A stretch of DNA of 63,288 nt, counting the filler, from Saprolegnia diclina VS20 (lineage: Eukaryota): NCBI RefSeq assembly GCF_000281045.1. It is 4 parts of 3 records of this genome, joined end to end, with 100 filler letters (N's around TTAATTAATTAA, not from the genome) between each part and the next. Parts side by side here need not be neighbours in the genome. Positions count along the whole stretch, not along the records: positions 24,794 to 43,976 come from NW_008246165.1; positions 44,077 to 61,527 come from NW_008246166.1; 2 more parts are not named here. One strand, given 5' to 3'. How positions within the stretch are numbered: the first letter of the stretch is position 1; each line of letters starts with the position of its first letter. Shown piece by piece: positions 37,644-48,708 of this stretch. The notes beneath the pieces were generated by a model. It was not told where the DNA came from. It searched no databases and saw only the letters and a list, made by a program, of their open reading frames with translations. A program made the translations under genes and the position numbers.

Positions 37644-40600
37644 TTCCGTGATGGTGTCGTCCTGAGGGCCGACAGATTCACAAAAGATCCGAGATCTGAT
37701 TTGGATGACTCCGGTCGTTGTTGTGTCGACGTGGCAGTCCAACCCGACGGCACAACAGTCGTATGCTAAACGAAATAATTCCAGGTTGAAGTGCATATCT
37801 CAAACGACGACGACGCCACCGAGAAGATCGCGGAGACCAAAGACGGACTGATAAACGTACTCCACTCCCTCTGTGCGCTCCACTCCAACGCCAAATACCC
37901 GGTATGTGATAGACACCCACCGTTTGTGTGTGGCACGATTTCCCACGCATTCGTTTGGACGAGCTACACCAGCTAAAACCTACTGCTTCGCACATTCACA
38001 TTGCGCAGGATGCACATCATTCAATGTCATACTAGGACAGATTCATGTCACCAAGAGTGTATGTTGGTCATGTGGATCGGAGCAATAATCTGACCCGTAC
38101 CAAGGCCGTCAATGTTTCACCGACCTGCATATTTAAGACCAGAGAATTCGCGGAAGTTGTTTCCGGCGCCCTCGGCAATATTGACGTTAGTGGGTTGCAC
38201 GGCAGAAGAGTGACGCGCTACTCGAGATGCAGACAATTGCACACGAATCTCTGATTTCAAACAAGTTCGCTCAGCAAGTATGCGAGTGTGCGAGACCTGC
38301 AGTTTCGCGATCGCGCCCAGCATCATCTCAACTTGGATAACAGCTCATTTCGCCGTGTATGGAAGCAGCCATTTTGACCACGGCTCGCGATGGTATGTGC
38401 ACACCAATAAGCAGGACATCAACCATACACGTGCGATGCAATAACTGTTGAATGGAGCCATTTTTCACTTTTCATGCTCTTTCTCGCTTGGCCCGTGACA
38501 TCGTTGTGGCGTCATTCCAATCAAAATATCGCGAGGTCAAACACTTTGCGTTTGGAAATGAAATCGACAAGGTTGGTAGAGGACGCTTTGGAGAGCACGT
38601 AATGCTAGGTCGCGTCGCCGTCCGAGGCGTATGTTGATAGCGAGACGCGATCCAAAGTTCCAACTAAGATCGTAGTGCCATCTGAGAGGCACCGCACCAG
38701 GACGCCGACGCCCAAAGTTGCACATCGATACAAGACGTTTTGAGGTGTAGAGCAGTCCACGCGGTGTCATCGCTACCGTCCTACAGCGCGCGGAATGCAT
38801 GACAAGATAAGAAGGGCTCTTCACAGCGTGAAACAGCAAGTTGGTGCATTAGCGCACCGTGGTGCAATCCTCGGCACCTCCATGAATGCGACCTGCGACC
38901 ACGAAATTTTCCGTCGACGAGGTGCCCCGGAGGAATACTACGGAGCAATCGATTGGGAATCGCCCGCTTGCACTCGCCAATACCATATGAGGCAGGCGCG
39001 TTTTTGGCGAGAGCCGCATTGCGCGTGGCTACAACCTCATCGGAGGCGTTTTCGATGTGTCTATCGCAGATGAAGGTCGCGTAGCTGGAGGGATGGAAGC
39101 TGTCGTCTAAGCTCAATGCATGGCCCTAACCCTAGACGGCAACGCGTCGCGACCACGTATCGCATTTCTCGAGGTGCGACGGGCCAGCCGCGCGCGCTGC
39201 TCGGTAATCTAGATGACGACCTTGGATGGCGATGGCTCAATAAGCCGTCGCGTGCGGATTATGTGCCTGTAAGCCTCAACGACACCAACATCGATTTCCA
39301 ACCTGTAGGGATAGGGTTAAAAGTGCGAGACCACCAGAGCGTCATCGCTTTTCCGGTACTTTATAGCGGGTCTATAATAATCTACAAGCGGCACCAGCAG
39401 CCACGGAATCGAAATGACCAAGCTGCCATCCATGGCGAGTTCGCCGCGTTGGGTGCCCAGATTTGCGTGTAAAAACTCATGATTTGCATTCGACTACCTT
39501 TTTAGCACTTTGCCACAACCCTAGGATGTAAGAGATGCAAGCTTGAATGGTTCGTGGACCGAACCGACGCCAACAGCGTTTTCGCCGCGTTTGGTGACGA
39601 ACTGACTCTAGAATCCTCGCCAGCAGAGGATCCATCTTGGTCAATTCTCGGATGGATCAAAACTTACCATCTTGTCGTTGTTGTGGGCTACGTTGTGTAG
39701 AGAAGTACCACACAACAACAAACACAAGTGCCACTCAACATCCAGTGTTTGCGGCACAATCTCGTATCTTTTTTTCCGTTTTTAATATGTTTATCGTGGC
39801 GCCGTGCCATCCAAACCGTCGCGAGGTCGTCGGCTTTGCATTTGGAAACGAAATGCAATAGATAGAGGACGCTGTGAAGGGCACGGAAAGCGAGGCTTCG
39901 TCGACGTACGAGGCGTACAGCGATAGCGAAACGCGATCCAAGATGCGCGCCAAACTAAGATCGTAGTGCCTTTTAAGATGCACAACGCACTCTAAACTAC
40001 GATCGTAGTGCCATCTTAGAGGCAGGACGCCACGACGCCGACGCCGCTTGCCGACAACATCACGTTTGAAATGGAATCGCCTATAGTTAGAACAGTGATA
40101 GAAGACACTTTGGCGAGCAGAGCAGGCCGCGTTTCGTCACCGCTGCAGGCCTAAAACGCGCGCAATGCTCGACCACAGATACAAAGCGCTCTTTTAACGT
40201 TGAAATGCAAATGACCGTATTGGCGCGCCGTAGTCTTCGTCTTCTGCACTTGTAGCGACGATCTTCCCTTCCAGTGGATCAAGATTGCGATTCCTAGCAC
40301 ATTCACACAGCTAATATGTCCAGCGCCATCGCATCCTGTGGAGCGATTGGAACCAGAGGCTTGTAGCTCACAATGCTCGGCCCCAGGTGTAGAGGTCGAG
40401 GCGTTCCACTTAAATTTGTGCTCGAACGGACAGCGGGTTCAAATCGAGCTGCGCGCATGCAAATTCAATTGGCCGACCTCCTGCCTCTGCGCGGTGTACC
40501 CAATCGGAAGCACCGCCGTGGCGTAACCCGTCGGGAATGGCCAAGAGGACGTCACTTAGCCTCGAAGGAAATCCTCTCACAACAAACACCAAAACACGCA

Positions 40601-40769
40601 CCATCGCCAAAGACGCCCGCCTCTCAACGCACCGTGTAACAAAAACAGAAAATGTACTAGTAGGACTCATTCCAACAACATGCATGCAAAATTACAGATC
40701 CAAAGCTTCATTTGCTCTTAGGGATGCTGAAATGCACATGGGGTGGTGCCACGCAGCGCGCACACTTAC

Positions 40770-41211
40770 TTGCCCGGGTGGAGGCCGAGCTGGCCCGGCG
40801 ACGCCCCCGAGGCTGGGGCGGTAATTCAGGCAATACGCCCTTTTTCGCCCCCTGAGCACTCCCGCGTATCGAAAACACAGCTAATATGTCCAGCGCCATC
40901 GCATCCTGTGGAGCGATTGGAATCAGAGGCTTGTAGCTCACAATGCTCTGGCTTTAGCACTCGCAGCGATGCGCAAATATCGCAGCGTTCTTATGCAACA
41001 TACGAGCTTTGGTCTGCGTCGTCGAGGATCGATGATCGCCAACAAGGGATAAGATATCTCTTGTTGTCGCCAAGCTCGATTGGTGGTATCCGAAACGTGT
41101 TGAGCAGCGTCGCAGCCATCGAGCGCCTGCACCAGCACCTTGGCGTAGGTGCATACATGCGCGCAAGAGGCTTGCGGAGCTGTCGCATCCGTATTGGGTC
41201 GTGGTTGCTGG
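40770..41211. repeat. 442-bp near-identical duplication (second copy 43535-43976); partial diverged copy at ~31590-31798
   Basis: ttgcccgggtggaggccgag...gggtcgtggttgctgg, offset 2765; the second copy is bounded by gaps on both sides. Confidence 0.9.
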
Positions 41212-42433
41212 CGTCGATGCAGCGCTGGTCGCAGCCATCGGCGCCGTAGCGGTAGAAATGCCCTTGCTTTGATGTTGGGCGTCTACGTGCTGTGAGGTAT
41301 ATAGTCGACGCGCCGAAACAAACGCTGACAGCGACAACCTCGAGCGTTTGTGCGAGGAGTGCGGACGATGGCCTCGACCGCGTCGCGCTCGTGGCGTCGT
41401 TTCGGAGTATCCGGATAATGGTACCGGACATCAATTGCCAATCCGTGATTTGGCAACGAACCATGCCGTCGCCGGCCAGCAGTGGGCGCTACGCGCGCGC
41501 CGCGTCGCGTTCGGACCGCGCTCGTCATCTCGCGGCGCAGAACCACATGACGCACATCTCGAGCGCCTCACGCTTGACGTCCTGCGGCTTGCACATGGCA
41601 GCTAGCACCGAGATCGTTGGCGGCAGCGACTCTCGCCCGCAGTGAACCTCGCGCCGGGCGGCGCTATAGATGCGATATGCGCTCAAGCTACCAGCCATTG
41701 CATCTTCTCTCGGCGGTCACACACAGTGGCCGCGCGCCCATGGTCCACGTCATGCTACACCGGGCCTCGTTATCCAAGGCGTCCGCGCAGCGCTGGCTCG
41801 CGTTTGGCACAAGGTACCACACATCTTTGACTCTACATGCGTCTCACAGAATGGCTAGATTCCGTCTTTGCCCGAGACACACGAGGTCGAGATTTTTGCG
41901 CTCTTTCCGCGCTTCTCGTGGTCTCGTACCACCAAGCGATCGCGGGTGCCGGCCAACCTCTCGCCGACGTTGCTTGGAGCAGCTCTGCGCCGGGCCGCCC
42001 TTGTCGTTCGATCGTCGGTGACCTCGGCTTGCTCTCGACGCTCGTACAGGCTCGCCAAGCGGGCCGAAAGGCAATACACAAAGCGCCATGTGACGGCGAT
42101 TTGGCGAGGACGCCAATGCGATCTTGGTTGCGTCCATGCCGACACGCCCGACGATTTTTGTCGCTCGCTTTGAAAATGGCGCCGAGAACGAGCCTTCGGA
42201 CGCGCCCGCTGCGGCGTTGACCAACGGCATGCAGCAGTTTCCCGACACGATTGCGTCGACGCTCATGGCCAAGTGCGATGCGTTTGGCGCACCGGTCATG
42301 CACCGCCACAACGACATGGAGGCTGACAGAGGCATGCTGGCGCACCTCGGCGCGTGCATCGAGCACTACGCCAAGACAGAGATCCTCTCGCGCGACCACG
42401 TCATGAGCTTTTCTCTCGGTTTGCATCGCCAAC

Positions 42434-43130
42434 ATGCAAAACCCGAACAGCAAGACGACAGACGCGATGCAAGCGCTGCAGTCGATGAAGTTTGTGCACT
42501 TGATCGACGCGCCATTGCTTGCGCTTGTGATGTCCATGCTTCTGCGCGGCTTGACAGACCGCATCTCGGAGACGAAGAAGGCTGCACTTATTTTCGACAA
42601 CATGTGCTCGATGGTCAACGACGCCAAGGACCTCGCGCCGTACGTCGACACAATCTGCCTTCAGATGCTGCTGCTCGCTCGATTCCTGAGTGCCGCGCGG
42701 TTTCGTCCAAAGCCCGTGGGGTGCTCGTCAAGGGCCAGAGCCACTTCCCGCACCTCGTGCCACGGGTAGCAAACCATAAAGTCGTTGGCGGTCGACGATC
42801 GAGCGGTCGAGTTCGGCCAAGGGTCTCTGCGAGGTACTCGAGCACCTTGGCCCGGACGCGCTTGATCTCGAGAGTCTCTCCGACGAGTCAGACGGTGTCC
42901 GCGACGTTGTCATGCACACTGGCTCGATCGTCGTCAATGCCCACGCGCTTTCCAACACGGAAGACTTCTTACCTGCGCTCGAGGCCGGTATCTTCGACGA
43001 CAACTGGCGCATTCGTGAGTCGTCGATCTCGCTCCTTGGCTACTAGGTGTACTGCGTCATGCCCGAGGTCGGCCCGATCCTGCGCACGGGCCTCGACCCG
43101 ATGGACCCGCCGGCATGCGCCAGGGCTACT
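42434..43130 (+). pseudogene. GCN1: GCN1 HEAT-repeat fragment with deletions and frameshifts (copy 2)
   Basis: NPNSKTTDAMQALQSMKFVHLIDAPLLALVMSMLLRGLTDRISETKKAALIFDNMCSMVNDAKDLAPYV, and GIFDDNWRIRESSISLLG at ~42987-43040; both match conserved GCN1 segments. Confidence 0.85.
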
Positions 43131-43976
43131 GCTTGGGTCTTGCCGAATTCATTCAGAGCTCGCCCATGTAGGGCGTGGTATCGAAAATGCCATTTTATTC
43201 AAATCAATTCGTTGAAAAATCACCCAGTGCCCAACGATGCCGCAAATCACAACGTTCAGCCTCTCTCCATCACTAGCAACTTGTAGTGGGTCGTTGAAAA
43301 TAATCCCAGCATTCTCCAACATTTTCTACAATTTGGTCATGCACCGCTGCGGCGGGTGTGAGGTTTGTCGATCCCAAATCGAAACTTTTGCAACCTTCTC
43401 AAATCGCTGTGATACTTTCAGGGACGCTTTCTCTNNNNNNNNNNNNNNNNNNNNNNNNNNNNNNNNNNNNNNNNNNNNNNNNNNNNNNNNNNNNNNNNNN
43501 NNNNNNNNNNNNNNNNNNNNNNNNNNNNNNNNNNTTGCCCGGGTGGAGGCCGAGCTGGCCCGGCGACGCCCCCGAGGCTGGGGCGGTAATTCAGGCAATA
43601 CGCCCTTTTTCGCCCCCTGAGCACTCCCGCGTATCGAAAACACAGCTAATATGTCCAGCGCCATCGCATCCTGTGGAGCGATTGGAATCAGAGGCTTGTA
43701 GCTCACAATGCTCTGGCTTTAGCACTCGCAGCGATGCGCAAATATCGCAGCGTTCTTATGCAACATACGAGCTTTGGTCTGCGTCGTCGAGGATCGATGA
43801 TCGCCAACAAGGGATAAGATATCTCTTGTTGTCGCCAAGCTCGATTGGTGGTATTCGAAACGTGTTGAGCAGCGTCGCAGCCATCGAGCGCCTGCACCAG
43901 CACCTTGGCGTAGGTGCATACATGCGCGCAAGAGGCTTGCGGAGCTGTCGCATCCGTATTGGGTCGTGGTTGCTGG

Positions 43977-44076
43977 NNNNNNNNNNNNNNNNNNNNNNNN
44001 NNNNNNNNNNNNNNNNNNNNTTAATTAATTAANNNNNNNNNNNNNNNNNNNNNNNNNNNNNNNNNNNNNNNNNNNN
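43977..44076. other. artificial scaffold-joining linker
   Basis: N44-TTAATTAATTAA(44021-44032)-N44. Confidence 0.95.
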
Positions 44077-45577
44077 CTTTGAGTTACCATTGTCTTATTA
44101 TCGCTGATGCACATGCAGGGGCTTGGTGGAGACGGCGAGCGTGGTGCGGGACTTGAGGGCGTTGGCCGCCGATTCGGCGCCGGTCTCGATGACCGGGTAC
44201 GCGTCGCAGTAGGCCGCGCTGCAGAAGCTGCGGCAAAACGTCAGAGGTGCGTGTGGTCCCAAGCCACTACCTTCTGCATCGTCGCCTCGCTATCGATGGA
44301 GCAATCCTGTGATGGAACGTGGCAGTGCTCATGTTGGACGGAAGCGGTTGCGTCAGCGCCAAAGGCTCGAGAGCCGGCCAGAACGTCGCCAAAGCCATCG
44401 GGGAATGCTCTTGCCCGCCGCACACGCTGAGCGACGTGACCTTGGCACCATCGAGTCGTCGGAGGACGTCGACCGTGCTCGGTGCCATTCACGTCTCAAT
44501 CGGTGCAAGCCAGCGCACGCAGCAAGTCGTCGCCATCCGTAAGGATGGAAAGCGACATGAGCCCACGCGACGTGGCGATGGCCTCTGCCAAGCAGTCATT
44601 GCAGCGCACAGTAGTGCAGCAGAGCTCGAGCACCTTGGCGTAGGCGTCTGAAGCCATTCGACGAGACGACCGGCGTCCAACTCTTGGTCTGTGGTCACTT
44701 GAAGCGAGTGGAGACGAAGGTGCGCTGGCGTCGTCACAGCATCAATGCTGGCGCGGGGACCTCGCGATCAGCAAAGTCGGCAAAGTCCGTCGTCTCTGTC
44801 GCTCGATTGAAAAAGAAAAACTCGACGGCCTTTTTGTCTTTTTGAGAGCACCAACAAACGCGCCGTGGAGGCATCGCTGCTCCATTGCAACTCGAGCTGC
44901 GGCACGAGCCCTACCGCGTCGATGACCTCGCACGGCGTCCCAGAAGCCGTTGCGGCGTCCCCGAAGCAGTTGCGGCGTCGTCAAATCAGATACAAGATAC
45001 GTGGCTTCTTCGTTCGCAAGTTGTTCTATCTGATGCCAAACTATATCGCAACGAGTTCATGGCTATGGCGCTGGACGAGCGACCAACGGATCGAGCAACC
45101 CAGATACTGAGCCTTGCCATGTACATACGTCTTCGCCACCCACGCACTCCAACGACCGTCGCCATAAATCTGTAGCGTCGATAGAACAGTCTCGAATCGT
45201 CATTTGTACGCGCAAACGACTACCGCTATGAATCTAATTGGTGACGAACAAAGAAGAAAGAATCGCGCTGTTTTGGCTTCCCGAAGCCCACTGAGGTCCA
45301 GCTGCGCAAAGCTCATCAATTTGGGTGCCAGCCGGATGGGTGCAAGGCGACGACGTGCGGCGTCCATGCGACGCATCGACAACTGGGAGGTTTCTGGTGC
45401 GCTTGGTGCCACACATTGGTAAAATCCAGCACTGGATTTCCCGTCACTGGATTTTTACGCACGCTGATTGGCGGAACGACTGCGCGCCTTTCTTTCGGGC
45501 ATTACACGCGGGTGGCTGCTAGCACGTTCAAGGTTGAAGCTGCGACGATGGGTGCGTTCCTTATATTCCGCTGCTCC

Positions 45578-45594
45578 CTTCATTTTCCAATTTG
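45578..45594 (+). promoter_or_regulatory. oomycete INR/FPR core promoter of beta-amylase
   Basis: CTTCATTTTCCAATTTG, a close match to consensus, ending 15 nt upstream of ATG 45609. Confidence 0.8.
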
Positions 45595-45608
45595 CCAAGA
45601 GCAGCAAC

Positions 45609-46961
45609 ATGGTGCGTCTGGTCCCTTCGCTCGTCGCCGCCGCGCTCGCCCTTGTCGCCGCCGAAGTGCCTGTCAACGTCATGCTCCCGCTCGACACGGT
45701 CGTTTTGGACGCGAAGGCGTGCAGCAGCACCCGGCTCAAGAATGCAACGGCGCTGGGCCTGCAATTTGAAAAGCTCAAGGCGAGCGGCGCCACCGGTGTC
45801 ATGGCCGACTGCTGGTGGGGCCTCGTCGAAGGTGCGGGCCCGCGCCAGTACGACTTTGCTGCGTACGCGGACCTCGCTCGGCTCGCCAAGGCGTCCAACC
45901 TCACGATTCAGATGGTCATGTCCTTCCACCAGTGCGGCGGCAACGTCGGCGACGAGTGCGACATCCCGATCCCGCGCCACTGGTTCACCAAGGACGACGT
46001 GTGGTACACAACGCAGGCCGGCTTGATCACGAAGGAGTACATCTCGCTCTGGGCCGACGCGACGCCGCTCGACAAGTTTGGCCGCACGCCGCTGCAGATG
46101 TACAGCGAGTTCCTCGCAGCCTTCAAGACGCACGTCGTCGACGCATACCCTGGTGTCGTCTCGGAGGTCCAGATCGGCGGCGGCCCCGCGGGCGAGCTCC
46201 GGTACCCGTCGTACCAGCTCCAGGAGAACCGGTGGAGCTACTGCGGCGTCGGCGAATTTACGAGCTACGACACGTACGCAAACGCGAGCATCGTGGCGCA
46301 CGCCGCGTCGACAGGCCACGCGCTTTGGGCCACGCGCCCGGGTCCGAGTAACGCCGGCAACTTCAACTGCCTTCCGAGCGAGAACGGCCAGTGCCCTTTC
46401 TTTGCGAACGGCGCCGACAACTTTGCGAGTCCGTACGGCCAGTTCTACCTCGACTGGTACAGCGGGTCGCTGCTGCAGCACGGACGCGACCTCACAAAGC
46501 TCGGGCGCGACGTCTTTCCCGCGCCGTTTGAGCTCTCGGTCAAGGTCTCGGGCATCCACTGGTGGTACGACTCGCCGCACCACGGCGCGGAGCTCACGGC
46601 CGGGTACCAAAACACCAACAACAAGAACGCGTACTACGACATTGCTTCGATGCTCAAGGAGCACGACGTGCGCTTCTGCTTTACGTGCATGGAGATGAAC
46701 GACAACTACGACGACAACGACAAGTGCCGGTCGCGCCCCGGGAAGCTCGTGGGCCAGGCCCGCGACGCCGTCACGGCGCTCGGCCTGAGCTTGAAGCATA
46801 GCTTTGCGGGCGAGAACGCGCTTCCGATTGGCGGCAACGACCAAATCACGTCGATCGCGGGCCACATCGCCGGCGCCGCGTCGTTTACTTTCTTGCGGCT
46901 CACCGACACGTTTGACTTTGACTACTTGGGTCGCCTCGTGCAGCGCTTGAAGACAGTGTAA
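45609..46961 (+). CDS. secreted beta-amylase (glycoside hydrolase family 14), intronless
   Basis: Signal peptide MVRLVPSLVAAALALVAA; VPVNVMLPLD, DCWWGLVE, MSFHQCGGNVGD, GPAGELRYPSY (catalytic Glu), GIHWWY..HGAELTAGY, FTCMEM, AGENAL (catalytic Glu), FTFLRL. Confidence 0.96.
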   Translation: MVRLVPSLVAAALALVAAEVPVNVMLPLDTVVLDAKACSSTRLKNATALGLQFEKLKASGATGVMADCWWGLVEGAGPRQYDFAAYADLARLAKASNLTIQMVMSFHQCGGNVGDECDIPIPRHWFTKDDVWYTTQAGLITKEYISLWADATPLDKFGRTPLQMYSEFLAAFKTHVVDAYPGVVSEVQIGGGPAGELRYPSYQLQENRWSYCGVGEFTSYDTYANASIVAHAASTGHALWATRPGPSNAGNFNCLPSENGQCPFFANGADNFASPYGQFYLDWYSGSLLQHGRDLTKLGRDVFPAPFELSVKVSGIHWWYDSPHHGAELTAGYQNTNNKNAYYDIASMLKEHDVRFCFTCMEMNDNYDDNDKCRSRPGKLVGQARDAVTALGLSLKHSFAGENALPIGGNDQITSIAGHIAGAASFTFLRLTDTFDFDYLGRLVQRLKTV

Positions 46962-47192
46962 AATTATCCTGTACCCAAACCTGGATATAAAAAAGTGGTG
47001 TTGTATACTCATGGTACTGTTGGTCGCCTTCAATTTAAGAATCCAGCGGGCGCACGCGACGTTACAGAGTCCGCAGGTGGGGCAGGCCACCGCGTCGTCG
47101 ACTTTTTTTGGGGCACGCAGGATCAAGGCTTCATACAAACGCTTCAACATTCCATCTATCCATTTATCTATCCACTTCTAATCCATTTATCC

Positions 47193-47260
<68 letters not shown>
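47193..47260. repeat. (ATCT)17 microsatellite with a degenerate 5' extension from ~47152
   Basis: Perfect atct tandem run. Confidence 0.95.
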
Positions 47261-48708
47261 CGTCGTGGACGCCTTGACTAGATTCGGAGAGATTCTGTGC
47301 AAGACGAGGCTCGAATTGTCAGGACACAACATGCAAATGCGAAATGCAAGCAAGACCGCAGTGCATGCCAGCAAGGAACGTGGATATATTTACGTAATTA
47401 TGTCCCTGGATGCCAGTGAGCTAATAGAGCATACATATCGCCATTTGAATCGTTCGCTCAAGGAGATGGACGACGCGGCTGTAGATTCAGTCGCCTGTCG
47501 CTCGTCCACAAGTACAAAGGCACGAGCAGCGCGAATGGGCGGGCGGCCACGCTGCAGCTCTTCCCAAGCCTTCGCGCACATTGCAGCTTTCGACGCTTAT
47601 TGCTTGTATTCGTACAGAGCGTATTTGGACGCTGACGCTGAAGCGTCGTTGCATGTGTCTTCAACAGCACCCGACCGCCAAGTCCTCGCCTTCAAGTGAG
47701 AGGCGAGGACCGACGCAGCTACACTATAAATGGGCAGCGTCCCGCCGACGACACTGGATCAACCGCGACAGACGCAACGCAGCCGCGGTTGGCGCCACGA
47801 AGTGACCGCAAGTGACTCACACTCAAACCGGTTGGTATGCAAAGTCGTACGTACACCCCCGACCTACCGGTTCATCTTTCTATTTGTATGCAATGTACGA
47901 TGTACGACGCGTATCGTACGTACAGGGCCCACATGGTTGCAGTACACACTTGAGGTTGGGATGCGCCAAGCCCTCCATTGGCTGGTGGCGGTCCCCATAA
48001 GTGCGCATGGGCAACCGCGGCGACTTCCACCCGCCGCCCAGCAGGCCATCGCGATGGCTCTGGCCGTCCATGGACCTCAGTGGCGCTTCCTTCGCATGCT
48101 CGCCTGGGCGACTGCCTACATGCGTCGCACCCAAGCAACTGGGCTAGCTACTCGACGGCAGCGATCGCCAATTTCTGGGCTGGACACGCATCGTGGCCGA
48201 GAATGATGTTGCAAGCACGGCTGGCACGTGCTCGGCAACGCGAAGAACCTAGAAGTCGATGCGTGGGCATGCGACCTTATGGCCTCATCCGACTCGCCTG
48301 CTTGTGGTGGCAATGGCATGGCCCATGGCCGCAGAGGCTGCGACCTGGCAGGCGCTCGTCGCTCGTGCAGTGTTGAGCGTGGCAAGTCGCCAGGTCGCAG
48401 GTATGATCGGCGACGCTGCTGTTCAGCGAAATAATTTGTGGGTCTTTGTATTAAATACATTGTATTTTTATTGCGCTTGAACCCGGCTATCGTATGGTAC
48501 GCGGTAGCACCACGTGGTTTGGGACATTAAAATAATATTCGCCTCATCACATTAAAAACGGTCAAACCCGGTAAAGTGCGCAGTCGCACTTGAACGGGCT
48601 CCACCAATGAAGGGCAGATGCATTTTGGAATTTCGGCCGTTCTGACGAGGTAGACATGCATGGCGATCCTCGGCGGACGATGCTAAGCAGATGCGACGAT
48701 CATGGTAG

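Noticed and set aside
39951..40020. Spaced ~20-bp direct repeats (aaactaagatcgtagtgcc) suggestive of CRISPR
   Set aside because: Only two degenerate units inside repeat module A; eukaryotic context and no cas genes.
43271..43288. CACTA-N8-TAGTG hairpin as a CACTA or Helitron terminus
   Set aside because: Only a 5-bp stem, with no matching far end or TSD identified.
46995..47699. 234-aa ORF with (SIYL)n repeats
   Set aside because: Translation of the ATCT microsatellite; no coding bias.
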